DNA of 64,000 nt from an uncultured Actinomycetota bacterium (GCA_963800125.1 CAWDAC010000030.1:98736-162735); one strand, 5' to 3'; positions 13,069 through 23,834 are shown, counted from the first letter of the stretch. Translations and numbers: made by a program. Notes: generated from the letters alone by a model not told the origin.

Positions 13069-14958
13069 TCAGCCCCGGGCCTTCGCCCGGGCCCTGCTGC
13101 GGGCCCGGGTGGTGGCGTCCAACTCGACCTTGCGCACCCGCACCACCTCCGGGGTGACCTCCACGCACTCGTCGGTCGCGCAGAACTCCATGGCGCGCTC
13201 CAGATCGAGTTCGATCGGCTTGGCCAGCGTCTCGATGACGTCCGCCGTCGACGACCGTATGTTGGTCAGCTTCTTCTCCCGCGTGACGTTGACGTCCAGA
13301 TCCTCCGGGCGGGGGTTGATCCCGACGACCTGTCCCTCGTAGGTGTCCTCGCCCGGCTCGACGAAGAAGCTGCCGCGGTCGGCCAACTGAATCAGCGCGA
13401 ACGGAGTGATGGTGCCGGTCCGGTCGGACACCAGCGATCCGGAGTGCCGGGAGCGGATCTCCCCCGCCCACGGCCGATAGCCGTCGAACACCGCGTTGGC
13501 GATGCCGGTGCCCCGCGTCTCGGTGAGGAAATCGGTGCGGAAGCCGATCAGGCCGCGGCTGGGCACGACGAAGTCGATCCGGACCCAGCCCGCGGCGTGG
13601 TTGGCCATCTCCTCCATCCGGCCCTTGCGCGCGGCCATCAGTTGCGTGATGACCCCGACGTATTCGTCAGGACAGTCGATGGTCAGCGCCTCGAACGGCT
13701 CGTGCAGCTGGCCATCGATTGTCTTGGTGACCACCTGCGGCTTGCCGACAGTCAGCTCGAAGCCTTCGCGGCGCATCTGTTCAACCAGTACCGCCAGCGC
13801 CAGCTCGCCGCGGCCCTGCACCTCCCAGGCGTCGGGCCTGCCGATGTCGACCACCCGGATCGACACGTTGCCGACCAGCTCGGTGTCCAAGCGCGACCGC
13901 ACCATCCGGGCGGTGAGCTTGTGACCGGAGACCTTGCCCGCCAACGGCGACGAGTTGGTGCCGATGGTGACGGAGATGGCGGGCTCGTCGACAGTGATCC
14001 GCGGCAGGGCGTGGGCGTGGTCCGGGTCAGCGAGCGTGTCGCCGATCATGATGTCGGGCAGCCCGGCCACGGCGACGATATCGCCGGCGATGGCCTCGTC
14101 GGTGGGATTGCGATCCACGCCTTCGGTGGCCAGCAGCTCGGTGATCTTGGCCGAAGTGATGACGGGAGCGCCGTCGACCAGTCGCATCCACGCGACCGTC
14201 TGACCCTTACGCAGCCGGCCGTTGTAGATGCGGATCAACGCCAGTCTGCCCAGGAACGGCGACGCGTCGAGGTTGGTGACCAACGCCTGCAACGGCGCCT
14301 CGGGGTCTCCCTGTGGCGGTGGAATGTGCTCGAACAGCACGTCGAACAGCGGATCGAGATTGTCGCCGTCGGGAATCTGGCCGTCAGCGGGCTGGATGGT
14401 GCTGACGACACCGGCTCGTCCCGACGCGTAGAGCGTCGGCAGCCCGAGTGCGTGCTCGGCGGCCGCGGCGGCCTCGTCGTCGAGGTCGGAAGCGACGTCG
14501 AGCAGTAGGTCGTGGCTGGCCTCGACGACCTCGGCGATCCGCGCGTCGGGCCGGTCCGTCTTGTTGACCACTAGGATCACCGGCAGGTGCGCGGCCAGCG
14601 CCTTGCGCAGCACGAACCGGGTCTGCGGCAGCGGGCCCTCGGACGCGTCGACCAACAGCAGCACGCCGTCGACCATGGACAGGCCGCGCTCCACCTCGCC
14701 GCCGAAGTCGGCGTGGCCCGGGGTGTCGATGACGTTGATGACCGTCACGCTGCCGTCGGGGTGATGACGATGCACGGCGGTGTTCTTGGCCAGGATCGTG
14801 ATGCCCTTTTCCCGCTCCAGATCACCGGAATCGAGCAATCGCTCGATGGCGTCGTCGCCTCGATGGGTCAGCGCACCGGATTGCCGCAGCATCGCGTCGA
14901 CCAGGGTCGTCTTGCCATGGTCGACGTGGGCCACGATCGCGACGTTGCGGAAACCCAC
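13069..14958 (-). CDS. typA: Translational GTPase TypA/BipA
   Basis: [32 protein letters not shown]; start placed at GTG 14958. Confidence 0.97.
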   Translation of the reverse strand: MGFRNVAIVAHVDHGKTTLVDAMLRQSGALTHRGDDAIERLLDSGDLEREKGITILAKNTAVHRHHPDGSVTVINVIDTPGHADFGGEVERGLSMVDGVLLLVDASEGPLPQTRFVLRKALAAHLPVILVVNKTDRPDARIAEVVEASHDLLLDVASDLDDEAAAAAEHALGLPTLYASGRAGVVSTIQPADGQIPDGDNLDPLFDVLFEHIPPPQGDPEAPLQALVTNLDASPFLGRLALIRIYNGRLRKGQTVAWMRLVDGAPVITSAKITELLATEGVDRNPTDEAIAGDIVAVAGLPDIMIGDTLADPDHAHALPRITVDEPAISVTIGTNSSPLAGKVSGHKLTARMVRSRLDTELVGNVSIRVVDIGRPDAWEVQGRGELALAVLVEQMRREGFELTVGKPQVVTKTIDGQLHEPFEALTIDCPDEYVGVITQLMAARKGRMEEMANHAAGWVRIDFVVPSRGLIGFRTDFLTETRGTGIANAVFDGYRPWAGEIRSRHSGSLVSDRTGTITPFALIQLADRGSFFVEPGEDTYEGQVVGINPRPEDLDVNVTREKKLTNIRSSTADVIETLAKPIELDLERAMEFCATDECVEVTPEVVRVRKVELDATTRARSRARAKARG

Positions 14959-15216
14959 GCCGGTGATTGTCGCAGTGCAATGCACTGATCGCGAAAACGA
15001 GAGACACCCGGCACGTTGAGGGCAAGCAAGCTCGAAGTGTTCAAGCGGGCGCGCCGGCGTGCGTGACCACGGCGTGCCCGACTTGCAGCGACAGTGTCGC
15101 TCGTAGGCGGGCAATGGACACTGCTACGGGTAGGAAAGAAGCATCATCGCTCGGCCAAGGTATCGATCGACGGTAGGCGCGGGTGACGATGGAGTTCCGC
15201 GAGGGCGGCGGGTCGG

Positions 15217-15611
15217 CTAGCCCGGATCGCCGAGCGCCTTGGCCAGCTCGCCCAACCATGTCCGGTCGGCGGGGACCCACGGCAGGCGTTCCAGCTCGTC
15301 GGCCGTCACCCACCGCAACGCGCGGTGGTCGTTGGGATGCAGGGCGCCGCCAGTCTGGGTGACCCGGTAGGCGCGCAGCGTCGTCGTCTCGTCAGCGCGA
15401 CGTCCCCGCCCAGCCGCTCGCCGACCGCGACTTCAACGCCGAGTTCCTCGTGCAGTTCACGCGCCAGACCGGCGGCGTCGCTCTCCCCCGGCGCGACCTT
15501 GCCGCCCGGCAGCTCCCACAGCCCCGCCAATTCCGGCGGGCGGGCCACGCTGTGCCACCAGCAGCGCCAGCCCGCGATGAGCGCGCCCGCGACGACGATC
15601 TGGTTTGGCAT
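15217..15611 (-). pseudogene. mutT2: Nudix (deoxy)nucleoside triphosphate pyrophosphohydrolase, frameshifted
   Basis: LWELPGGKVAPGESDAAGLARELHEELG Nudix box; N- and C-terminal parts lie in other frames. Confidence 0.85.
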
Positions 15612-15908
15612 TGCGAGCGACGGTACCCGGGACTCGCTGGCTGCGACGGCGGCATGGTGACGTGGCTGAGCGTGGACGTGGATGCGGTGGGGGCGGAGAT
15701 GGTCGCGCAGACGACAGCGGAGCTGGACAAACGGTATCCAGATTCTGTTCCGACATGAGAGAGCGAGCAACGGACCAGTCTCATCCGACACGCCACTCGG
15801 CGGGACCCACGAACATTTCCAGAGTAAATTCTCTGAAGTTTGCTGAATTGCCGCAAATTGAGGTAGGCTCCGCGGAGTCTAGCGTCACCCCGAACCAAGA
15901 GGGAAGCC

Positions 15909-16964
15909 ATGCAACTCACACTTCGTCCATATGTCACTGCTGGCGTCGCCTTGGTCGGCGCGAGCGTGATCGTAGCCAGTACGGTGCAACCACCGCTACC
16001 AGATATCCGAGTATCCGCGGAGGCGGTGCAGCTCTCGGCGGCCAGCGTTCCCCCTCCCGCCGATGTCTACCCGTTTATTTTCAATAAGACCGTCGGCAAT
16101 GCAGGAGCCCTGGTGAACACGGCTTCAGCAGACCCGGCATCGGCGGCCCTGGGGCCGATTCTCGCCTTGGGGCGCATCCTCGAAAGCCAGCCCGGCAGTC
16201 TTCAAGACATCCTGGACGGACTCGGCATCTCTGCCGAGCAACTGTTCACAACGGTGCCGGCGCAACTCCTCGGCGCTGCGGGGAGCTTCGAAGCGGGCAG
16301 GATCAACTCGACGGTCAACATCCTGCAGAGTGTCCCGCTTGCGGTACTGAACCCCATTCTGGCGAAGAATCCCGCCCTCGCCGCCGTTCTGCTCGGTCTT
16401 GCTGGTCCGGCTATCAGCAGCGTCGGAGCGACCGTCGATGCGCTCCAACTCATAATTGACGCCTCGAATGCGGGCGACCCACAGGAAACTCTCAACGCCG
16501 TACTCGATGGACCCGCCGTGATCGCGGACGGCGTCTTCAATGGAGGGTACGGGCCCGACCTCGCCGCACATCCGAACACGGACCCCACGGTGCTGGCCGG
16601 GGGAATTCTCAGCGAGGGAACTGTCAGGGATGATGGCTCGGTTGTTCTACCCGGTCCGATTGCCACGCTTCTCCCCCCTGGTCAGCAGACGCTGCAGATT
16701 AAGCAGGCTGACAGCCAGGAAAAAGCGCCCGCTCTGGGAACCTGGAAACAGAGAGTCACCAAGCCCGTCATCGAATCCCTTGGCGTCCTGACCGGCGGCA
16801 AGAAGGTGTCGCTGGGCGCGAACTCCTCGAACACCAACCGCCCGGTCAGGGCCGCAGTTAACGGCCTTCGCGACCAGGTCAAGACGTCGATCAAGACCGT
16901 CGTGAACAACGTCCGGGACGCCACCGGGCTCGGCAGCAAAACCGAAGACGACGACGCCAAATGA
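15909..16964 (+). CDS. Putative secreted protein (RPYVTAGVALVGASVI N-terminal family)
   Basis: Signal-like N-terminus, VQLSAA, LDGPAVIADGVFNGGYGPDL, basic/acidic tail; intact 351 aa with GGGAAG upstream. Confidence 0.8.
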   Translation: MQLTLRPYVTAGVALVGASVIVASTVQPPLPDIRVSAEAVQLSAASVPPPADVYPFIFNKTVGNAGALVNTASADPASAALGPILALGRILESQPGSLQDILDGLGISAEQLFTTVPAQLLGAAGSFEAGRINSTVNILQSVPLAVLNPILAKNPALAAVLLGLAGPAISSVGATVDALQLIIDASNAGDPQETLNAVLDGPAVIADGVFNGGYGPDLAAHPNTDPTVLAGGILSEGTVRDDGSVVLPGPIATLLPPGQQTLQIKQADSQEKAPALGTWKQRVTKPVIESLGVLTGGKKVSLGANSSNTNRPVRAAVNGLRDQVKTSIKTVVNNVRDATGLGSKTEDDDAK

Positions 16965-16985
16965 CGACATCGGAGTCGTAACGAC

Positions 16986-17014
16986 GCGGCCCCCTCCCCA
17001 CCGGAGGGGGCCGC
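16986..17014 (+). terminator. GC-rich hairpin, probable intrinsic terminator
   Basis: Perfect 10-bp stem GCGGCCCCCT/AGGGGGCCGC, 22 nt after the stop at 16964. Confidence 0.65.
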
Positions 17015-17049
17015 TTCACGTCCGCCACTGATGTCCCTTCACCGAGCGG

Positions 17050-17092
17050 GCACAGCGGTACCTTGAGTGGTATGGCTGTGTTAACGGACGAA
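17050..17092 (+). repeat. attL-like direct repeat
   Basis: GCACAGCGGTA-CCTTGAGTGG-TATGGCTGTGTTAACGGACGAA; 38/43 identical to 24527-24569; encodes MAVLTDE, then diverges. Confidence 0.88.
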
Positions 17093-17183
17093 CACCCCCA
17101 CAGCGGCACCCCGTCTACCAGCGCAAACACCCCTGTTTCACCGTGTCCCGGTGAACCACAGGGCTACTAGTTACGATAACGGC

Positions 17184-18104
17184 GTGCCGACACCGCGCAT
17201 CCGACGCCCCTCACTCGACCTCGACACCCTCGCCCAGTCCTGGCACGTCGAACTCACCGCAGCCAACAAATCCCCGTCAACGCGCCGGGTCTACCAATCG
17301 TCGGTGCGGCGCTACCTGCAGTGGTGCGCCGAACACGACCACACACCGGCCATCGACCGGGGCCTCGTCGCCGCCTGGATAGCCGACATGCTCGCCGACG
17401 GCGCCAAACCCACCACCGCGGCCGCCCGCCTCGCCGGAGTCCGCCAGTTCAGCAAGTGGCTGGCCGCCGAAGGCGAAATCGGCGCCGATCCGCTGCTGCG
17501 CCTGACCGCCCCCAAAAGTGACGTCCCCATCACTCCGGTACTCACGGACGACGAGCTACGGCTGCTCATCAAAGCCTGCCAAGGTAAGGATCTTCGCGAC
17601 CGCCGCGACGAAGCGGCCATCCGGCTGATGTGCGAAACCGGGATGAGGGCAGGCGAATGCATCGCCCTACAAGTCGATGACGTCGACATGGTTCGCGGTC
17701 TGGCCACCATCGTGCGCGGTAAGGGCGGCCGCGGCAGGATCGTCCCATTCGGGCCGGCCACCGCCCGCGCCCTGGACCGCTACATCCGCGTCCGCCGAAC
17801 CCACCCCTACGCCGAACACAGCACCGCCCTGTGGCTCGGGCAGCGCGGCACCGGCGCACTCGGCTACCACGGGCTGCGGGTAGCCCTGCGTGAACGCGCA
17901 GAGTTGGCCGGTATCAACGACTTTCACCCCCACATACTTCGCCACACATTCTGCTCCCGCTGGCTCTCGGCGCGGGGCAGCGAGGGCGCGCTGATGGCGC
18001 TGGCCGGCTGGCGGGACCGGGCGATGCTGGACCGCTACGCCCGCGTCACCGCCGCCGACCGCGCCGTGGCAGAGGCCCGCAACCTCGGGCTGGGTGACTG
18101 GTGA
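17184..18104 (+). CDS. Tyrosine recombinase/integrase
   Basis: TGMRAGE (R), GKGG (K), HILRH (HxxR), LAGW, LDRY (Y). TACGAT -10 box 6 nt before GTG 17184 suggests a leaderless start. Confidence 0.95.
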   Translation: MPTPRIRRPSLDLDTLAQSWHVELTAANKSPSTRRVYQSSVRRYLQWCAEHDHTPAIDRGLVAAWIADMLADGAKPTTAAARLAGVRQFSKWLAAEGEIGADPLLRLTAPKSDVPITPVLTDDELRLLIKACQGKDLRDRRDEAAIRLMCETGMRAGECIALQVDDVDMVRGLATIVRGKGGRGRIVPFGPATARALDRYIRVRRTHPYAEHSTALWLGQRGTGALGYHGLRVALRERAELAGINDFHPHILRHTFCSRWLSARGSEGALMALAGWRDRAMLDRYARVTAADRAVAEARNLGLGDW

Positions 18105-18487
18105 ACCCGCAACGCGCCGACGCCATCCGCGACCGCATCCGAGAAACCCCGCAGCAGATCAGGGTGTTGTGCCCGCACGGGCATTTCATCGCCGACGTTT
18201 GGCTTGAGGTGCCCGACGGTGAGGGCGCTATTGCTATGTGGCCGGGTGGCCCTGATATTCAGCGTGCCTTCAACCGGCACGCGGGCTGGTATGGATTCTG
18301 GATGTCGATGGCGCGATCAAACGTGCGACGCCGTGAGCAGCACCTGAGTGATCCATCACCCGCCCAAAGATGGAAGTGCACGAACGCCCGATGCCGCTAC
18401 TCGGGCAGGTTCGACTACGCGTCGCTGGCGTTGGACCTCGCGGGCGCCGCGCTGGCAGGGCACCCCGAGCACCGACTCACCACATGA
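18101..18487 (+). CDS. Hypothetical protein, possible Zn-binding (CPHGH...CTNARC)
   Basis: GTGA overlap with the integrase stop; 128 aa. Confidence 0.65.
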   Translation: MNPQRADAIRDRIRETPQQIRVLCPHGHFIADVWLEVPDGEGAIAMWPGGPDIQRAFNRHAGWYGFWMSMARSNVRRREQHLSDPSPAQRWKCTNARCRYSGRFDYASLALDLAGAALAGHPEHRLTT

Positions 18488-18721
18488 ACACTGTGGTTCA
18501 GCCGACGGCCCGGCAGCGCCGACGCGAACGCCTACACCCGGTATCACACGACTCACACCGATACAGCAAACCTGGGCCACCACTCCCCTCGCAGGTCAGC
18601 GGCCACCCGATAGGCATAGCGTCTCGGATTCCGTACGGGTTTGGAAGTCGGTCCGGGGCGACCAACTGCACGCTAAATGGTCGGCCTTGAGTGCGAGTCG
18701 CTGGTGAGGAACGGTCGGCTT

Positions 18722-18877
18722 GTGTCGTGGACGGACCAGGTGCCGTGCGGTTGGTGTGGGACGTATGTGCCGGAGACGGAATCGGGCCGGGGCCGGCGGT
18801 GGTGTTCGGATGCCTGCCGGATGAAGAGCTACAGGGCGCACAAGCGAGCGCGGGGGGTCACCTACTGGCGTCTGTGA
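18722..18877 (+). CDS. Small Cys4 zinc-finger-like protein
   Basis: CGWCG...RRWCSDACRMKSYR pattern; GAGG upstream of GTG 18722. Confidence 0.6.
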   Translation: MSWTDQVPCGWCGTYVPETESGRGRRWCSDACRMKSYRAHKRARGVTYWRL

Positions 18878-19238
18878 CCACGGCGCGCATGGATAAGGCA
18901 GCATTCGAGCGCGTGGCATACGACGCCTGGTTGCGGTCTACGCGGGCAAGGACGGCCAGTTACCGCGTTGATTGAAATCGCCGGCAATCTACTCGAGTTC
19001 ACAGAGACTGCTGAGGCTGAGCAGTATCACGCGAGTGAGTCGATGCGAACGGCAGAGTGGGCTTCTGATACGCAATTGGCGTCAGCGGGTAGTCTTGACC
19101 TCGGCTGGCGTGGCGTAGAAGTACTCGCGCCTGAGATTCACTCTGTTGACGCGGGTACGGAGAACGGGGACCGCCCCAGAATGGCGGTGTCCCGGTGCGG
19201 GGGGGAATCCTGTGGGAACGTTCCCGCCGCGCGGGCTG

Positions 19239-20610
19239 TCACCACCAGCCGGTAGCAGCGCCGATCTGACGCCCCAGCTCGCTGGTCATGGTGCGCACGT
19301 ACGTGGTGGACAGGTGATGAGAGTCGTGATAGACCAGCACATTGCCTTCCACGGCGCGGCAAACGTCATTGCGGCACACCGCGTCGCTCATGTCGAGCGG
19401 CTTGAGTAGCGGGAACCGCGCGACGAAGTCCAGTGTCGGGTTGTGATCGGAGAGCACATCGGAGCGCTTGATCCCGCACGAGACGCCGTCGCCGCCGTCG
19501 GCCAGGCAGTCGGCCGGGGAGTACGGCCGCCCGTTCCGCACCAGCCACGGCGTATCGCGCATGGCGAGAATCGGAATGTTGTTGTCCGACAACGCTTGCC
19601 AGATCCCGATATAAGTAGCCGGCATGACATCGCCGGGCTTGATGTTCCACGGCCGGGTGGATGTGGTGAACACGTAATCCGGGTGGTCGGCGATCAGCTT
19701 GGCCATCACCCGCTGGTTCCAGTCGTGGCACTTCGGGTAGGGCCGGTTGTCGCCCATCACCTTCGGGACTTGCTCGGTGGTCAGCGGGCAACCCATCTTC
19801 AGGTAGGTCACCACCTTGAATCCATGCAGCTGGCCAAAAAGATCCAGCGCCGTGATCCAGTGCTCGGCGTGCGAGCCGCCGGCCAGCGCGATGGTGCGGG
19901 TAGCCGCCGTGTCGCCGTAGGTGCAGTTGATCACGTCGACGTTGGTGAAGTCGCTGATGCAGCCGTCAATGGTGGTTTCCGGCAGGTCCTTCTTGGCCTC
20001 CAGCACCGGCGGGCGCACCGGCAGCTGGGGCACCTTCACGTTGTTGAGCAGGGCACGCGCACCGAGATAGTCACGCGCCGACAGGCCGGCGAGCTCGTTG
20101 CCGTTCGCCCGCTGCAGGGTCACATGCTCACGCCAGGTGAACGACGTCACCGTCAGCGCGACACCGAGCAGCGCCGCCACCGAACCGAGTGCGATCGTCG
20201 GCCTGCGCAGCCGCACTCGCAGCGGGATCGCAACGATCGGACGGGTGGCGGCCGGGGCGCGGTAGCGCAGCGGGTTCTCGACATATCGCAGGGTCAGGTA
20301 GGCCAGCACGCCCGACAGCAGCAGCACGCCGGCACCCTCGACGAAATTGGCGTGCGGGTGCCCGGTGAAGGCCAGCCAGAAGATCAGCAGCGGCCAATGC
20401 CACAGATACAACGAGCACGCCATCGCCCCCAGCGTCATGAACGGCTTGGTGGCCAGCAGCCGGTTGCGGGCGGGCAACCTGCCGCCGTTGTGCGGGTCGG
20501 CCATCCGGTTGGCCGCGGACAGGATGAACAGCATCGCCGCGCCGACCGGCACCAGCGCCCACGGCCCGGGAAATTCCTTGACGCCGTCTACCTGGGTCGT
20601 CCCCCAGAAA
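19239..20610 (-). pseudogene. C-terminal part of an AT3 acyltransferase-SGNH protein (Rv1565c-like), N-terminus missing
   Basis: SLYLWHWPLLIFWL, AGGSHAEHW, YHDSHHLS and GRQIGAATGWW ending; joined in frame to the repeat protein. Confidence 0.85.
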
Positions 20611-21426
20611 GTGAGCGCACCGGCAAACGAGGTGACCATGTCCTGAACCGACGCGATGACGTCAGAAACCGGCCCGACCGCATCGGGGGCCGGCGCGACC
20701 GCATCGGGGGCCGGCGCGACCGCATCGGGGGCCGGCGCGACCGCATCGGGGGCCGGCGCGACCGCATTGGGGGCCGGCGCGACCGCATCGGGGGCCGGCG
20801 CGACCGCATCGGGGGCCGGCGCGACCGCATCGGGGGCCGGCGCGACCGCATCGGGGGCCGGCGCGACCGCATCGGGGGCCGGCGCGACCGCATCGGGGGC
20901 CGGCGCGACCGCATCGGGGGCCGGCGCGACCGCATCGGGGGCCGGCGCGACCGCATCGGGGGCCGGCGCGACCGCATCGGGGGCCGGCGCGACCGCATCG
21001 GGGGCCGGCGCGACCGCATCGGGGGCCGGCGCGACCGCATCGGGGGCCGGCGCGACCGCATCGGGGGCCGGCGCGACCGCCTTGGGGGCCGGCGCGACCG
21101 CCTTGGGGGCCGGCGCGACCGCCTTGGGGGCCGGCGCGACCGCCTTGGGGGCCGGCGCGACCGCCTTGGGGGCCGGCGCGACCGCCTTGGGGGCCGGCGC
21201 GACCGCCTTGGGGCCGGCGCGCCGCCTTGGCTGACGCGCCTTGGGGGCCGTGCCGTCTTTCTTCGGGTTTTTTTCCGCGCCGCGAATGCTGCTGGTTGGT
21301 GTCCGTGCTGTTCGCGGCGGAACCGCTGGAATCGGGATCGGCAACGGCGACCGCGCCCCCGCCGATCAGCAGGCCCGCTGTGAGCACGCAAACAGCTGCA
21401 GTGAAGCGGAAATGCGACGGAAACAC
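20611..21426 (-). pseudogene. N-terminal part of a secreted Pro/Ala-repeat protein (signal peptide + repeat), frameshift near 21270-21300
   Basis: VFPSHFRFTAAVCVLTAGLLIGGGAVAVADPDSSGSAA signal-like start; the repeat continues in a different frame. Confidence 0.65.
20674..21210. repeat. Tandem repeat, 21-bp unit, 25 full copies plus a partial copy
   Basis: Unit GGGGCCGGCGCGACCGCATCG with variants; minus strand encodes 7 x PKAVAPA, then PDAVAPA units with one PNAVAPA. Confidence 0.97.
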
Positions 21427-21831
21427 GATCTGCTCCCCACCAGTCACAGGACCGCTCGCAAACAGTCCACGGTTTGCCGCATTGTCGCATAGTCCGACCA
21501 TCGGGTATGCCGGAATCGCAAGCTAGGTATGCGCGGTCGACGGTTCAGCAGCAAACCATGCCTACGACGCCCGATGTCCGTTATGTCGATTAGCGCGGTC
21601 GAGCGCTTTGTCGACGGTAAGTGCGAATGACAACTTCCGCTTCGATGACAACCACGCCCGTGATGGTCGACCGCTGGAGGCACACGGCTGGCGGATGACC
21701 GGCACCCTCAAATGCTCAACGGATATGAGCATGATGAGACGTGGCCTGTTGAGACAGGACTCCCGCCGGGGCTGATGCTTCGGTAGGCGCTTTACTGCCT
21801 GCGCCCGTCACCCGCGGTGACGCGGCACGTA

Positions 21832-21928
21832 CTTTCTGAAGGCGTCCTTGACCTTCTCGCCAGCGTCCCTTGAGGTTGGACTTCGCCTGGTCGCCTCTGC
21901 CCTCAGCTTCGGTTCTCCTGTCGCCCAA
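21832..21928 (-). pseudogene. csbD: CsbD-family remnant
   Basis: TEAEGRGDQAKSNLK(+1)DAGEKVKDAFRK; 5' half absent. Confidence 0.65.
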
Positions 21929-22227
21929 GGTGGGCAGTCGGTAAGCCAGGCGTGTCGCCCACGGGGGCCGGGGGGTCTGCACCGGCGCCGCGCGGCATCC
22001 AGGCGATTGCGTGCTGCAACTGCACCGCCTCGCTCGCGCTGATCGGCCCATCAGTCCACACCGGCCAGCGCCGGCGGGCCGCCGCGGCGGCTGACCTGCA
22101 CGGGTGCCACTGTGGCTCACCCCGCGCCGAGAGCGGAACTATTAATCAGTTCTTCGATGGTTCGGTGTCAGAGCCGATTCCACACAGTCTGAGGCCGATG
22201 CGCGACCGTGGCTCCGTTGGGTACTGG

Positions 22228-22755
22228 TCACGTGGCAGACCAGAATGCTGGATCGTCGAAGCCGGGCTTGTACTTCACTTTGGTGATGGTAGTGCGCTTG
22301 GCTACCGGGAACAGCACCCATCCTCGCACGCATTCGCCCTCAACTATGGGCTCGTTGCTGAAGGGGTACTGGGGGGTGGGGAACCCCCTGTACGGCTTAT
22401 CGCTAGAAATGTACTGGCCGTTCTGGGCGTCCGACACTGACCAGTCGCTCCAGCCGACTGTCAACTGTCTGTAGACAGACCTTCTTGAGACATGTCCCGA
22501 TGTCGGCGCCTACCCAGTGGCCGCCCTGGTTGGCGTGGGTAGGCGCGGTGCGATGTTCTGGTCGACGGCGAAGACTGTGACATCAACTTCCAGTGCCCCT
22601 ACCATGTCGGTAAAGGTTCGTGTGGCGCCGAGTGGTTGTGGAACTGATGGGCCGGCGCTGGTGGTGGTCTCTGCTGAAGGCTCTCTGTTGTTGGAGCAAC
22701 CGGAGAGTATGAGGGAGATGGCGACGCCGAACGTGACGAGAAGTGCACGTATCAT
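22228..22755 (-). pseudogene. Putative lipoprotein, two frameshifts
   Basis: Lipobox LSGC after a hydrophobic stretch; continues GGHWVGADI in a second frame and VGWSDWSVSD...CVRGWVLF in a third. Confidence 0.65.
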
Positions 22756-23072
22756 GCGCAATCTTATCAAGAGTTTCCCGGCTCCTAACTCCATGTGGCG
22801 CAAGCAGCCCGCAGCGGCGGGCCAGTTAGTCAAGGCCCTGGACCTGTTGCGGAGCGGCCGGTGCGGCGGGGCCGGTTGGCCGCGGTGCGGACGATGGCAC
22901 CCGCTGGCAGCGACTCTGGTTGAAACAGCAAGATAACCGTCGGAGGGCCGAAAATCCTTCTCGGTGGGAGATAGGTCAGTACAAGCCCGGGAAGGGTGTA
23001 AAAGTCGCGCATTTCTCGGCGGCGACCTAATCGACGCTCCTCGCTCTCAAGCTCAGCCACCCGGCGGGATCG

Positions 23073-23231
23073 TCAACCCAACTGCGGGGTATACGGCGGC
23101 ACCCGCCGGCCGTCACGCACGACTGGGCACTGCTCGGTGCGGACCAGGCGGCGCACGTCGAGGACGCCGACGCCGAGCCGCGCCGCGGCCTGCGCGAAGG
23201 TGAGCAGTTCGCCGCTGCTGGTGGTGGTCAT
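23073..23231 (-). CDS. Excisionase-like (HTH_17/MerR-type) small protein, copy 1
   Basis: MTTTSSGELLTFAQAAARLGVGVLDVRRLVRTEQCPVVRDGRRV.., 52 aa. Confidence 0.65.
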   Translation of the reverse strand: MTTTSSGELLTFAQAAARLGVGVLDVRRLVRTEQCPVVRDGRRVPPYTPQLG

Positions 23232-23255
23232 GGTGGTTGTTTACCTTCGATGCCA

Positions 23256-23282
23256 TGGGTAGTTACTTCTAGTGACCACCCA
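23256..23282. promoter_or_regulatory. 11-5-11 palindrome, copy 1
   Basis: TGGGTAGTTAC-TTCTA-GTGACCACCCA upstream of xis-like copy 1. Confidence 0.65.
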
Positions 23283-23350
23283 GGCAGCTGGTGACACCCG
23301 GGACGGGGCGCACCGCCTGTTTACACGCGGCGCTGCACCAGATGATCTGG

Positions 23351-23707
23351 TTACGCCGCCGGTAGATCGGTTCGCGGCGGCGTGCCGTGCTGATTCTCTT
23401 CACCGGGCGGAAGACGCCGGCGGTTGGATCGCGCTCGCGATGTCCTGCCGCCAGTTCGTCTGACGCCTTGGACGGCCGCGACGGTGATAGCCACGACGGA
23501 AAGCATGTCGGATACCGTTATTCCGTGGCCATGGCTCAGAGGCATAAGAGTATGTCCCTCGAGCGGCCCATTGGTAACGGGCCAGATAAAGGCGAATAGA
23601 ATCACCGAAAGAATTGAAGCCCGATTCGGTTTTGCTGCACACCACGCAAGTGATGAAAATAGAGCGTTCATTGCCGCGATGCTGTAGAACAACTGCGGCT
23701 CGTCCAT
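23351..23707 (-). CDS. Small membrane protein
   Basis: Three hydrophobic segments; NGPLEGHTLMPLSHGHGITVSDMLS; start placed at ATG 23707. Confidence 0.6.
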   Translation of the reverse strand: MDEPQLFYSIAAMNALFSSLAWCAAKPNRASILSVILFAFIWPVTNGPLEGHTLMPLSHGHGITVSDMLSVVAITVAAVQGVRRTGGRTSRARSNRRRLPPGEENQHGTPPRTDLPAA

Positions 23708-23834
23708 GTATGTGCTCCTAACCCCCATTCGGCGAAGTCGGGTTCCCCCTCTGCCCCGCGTGCGTTCGTCGCGACCAGCTTCCCAGGGTATTCGACGCGA
23801 CCAAGCAAGGAGCAACGCGCGTTCACGGCGTGAA

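Noticed and set aside
13021-14508. Long antisense ORFs (here opposite typA; also opposite lpqW, actP, the luxE/luxC-like genes and pimE)
   Set aside because: Typical shadow ORFs of high-GC genes; no recognisable motifs
18968-19255. 95-aa ORF within the element
   Set aside because: No motif, unusual ATT-type start; coding cannot be supported
20674-21210. Possible CRISPR array
   Set aside because: Units are contiguous with no unique spacers, keep a reading frame, and no cas genes are nearby; it is a coding VNTR
19443-21383. 646-aa plus-strand ORF with GGRRDRI repeats
   Set aside because: Antisense shadow of the acyltransferase and repeat; a stop-free repeat plus high GC explains its length
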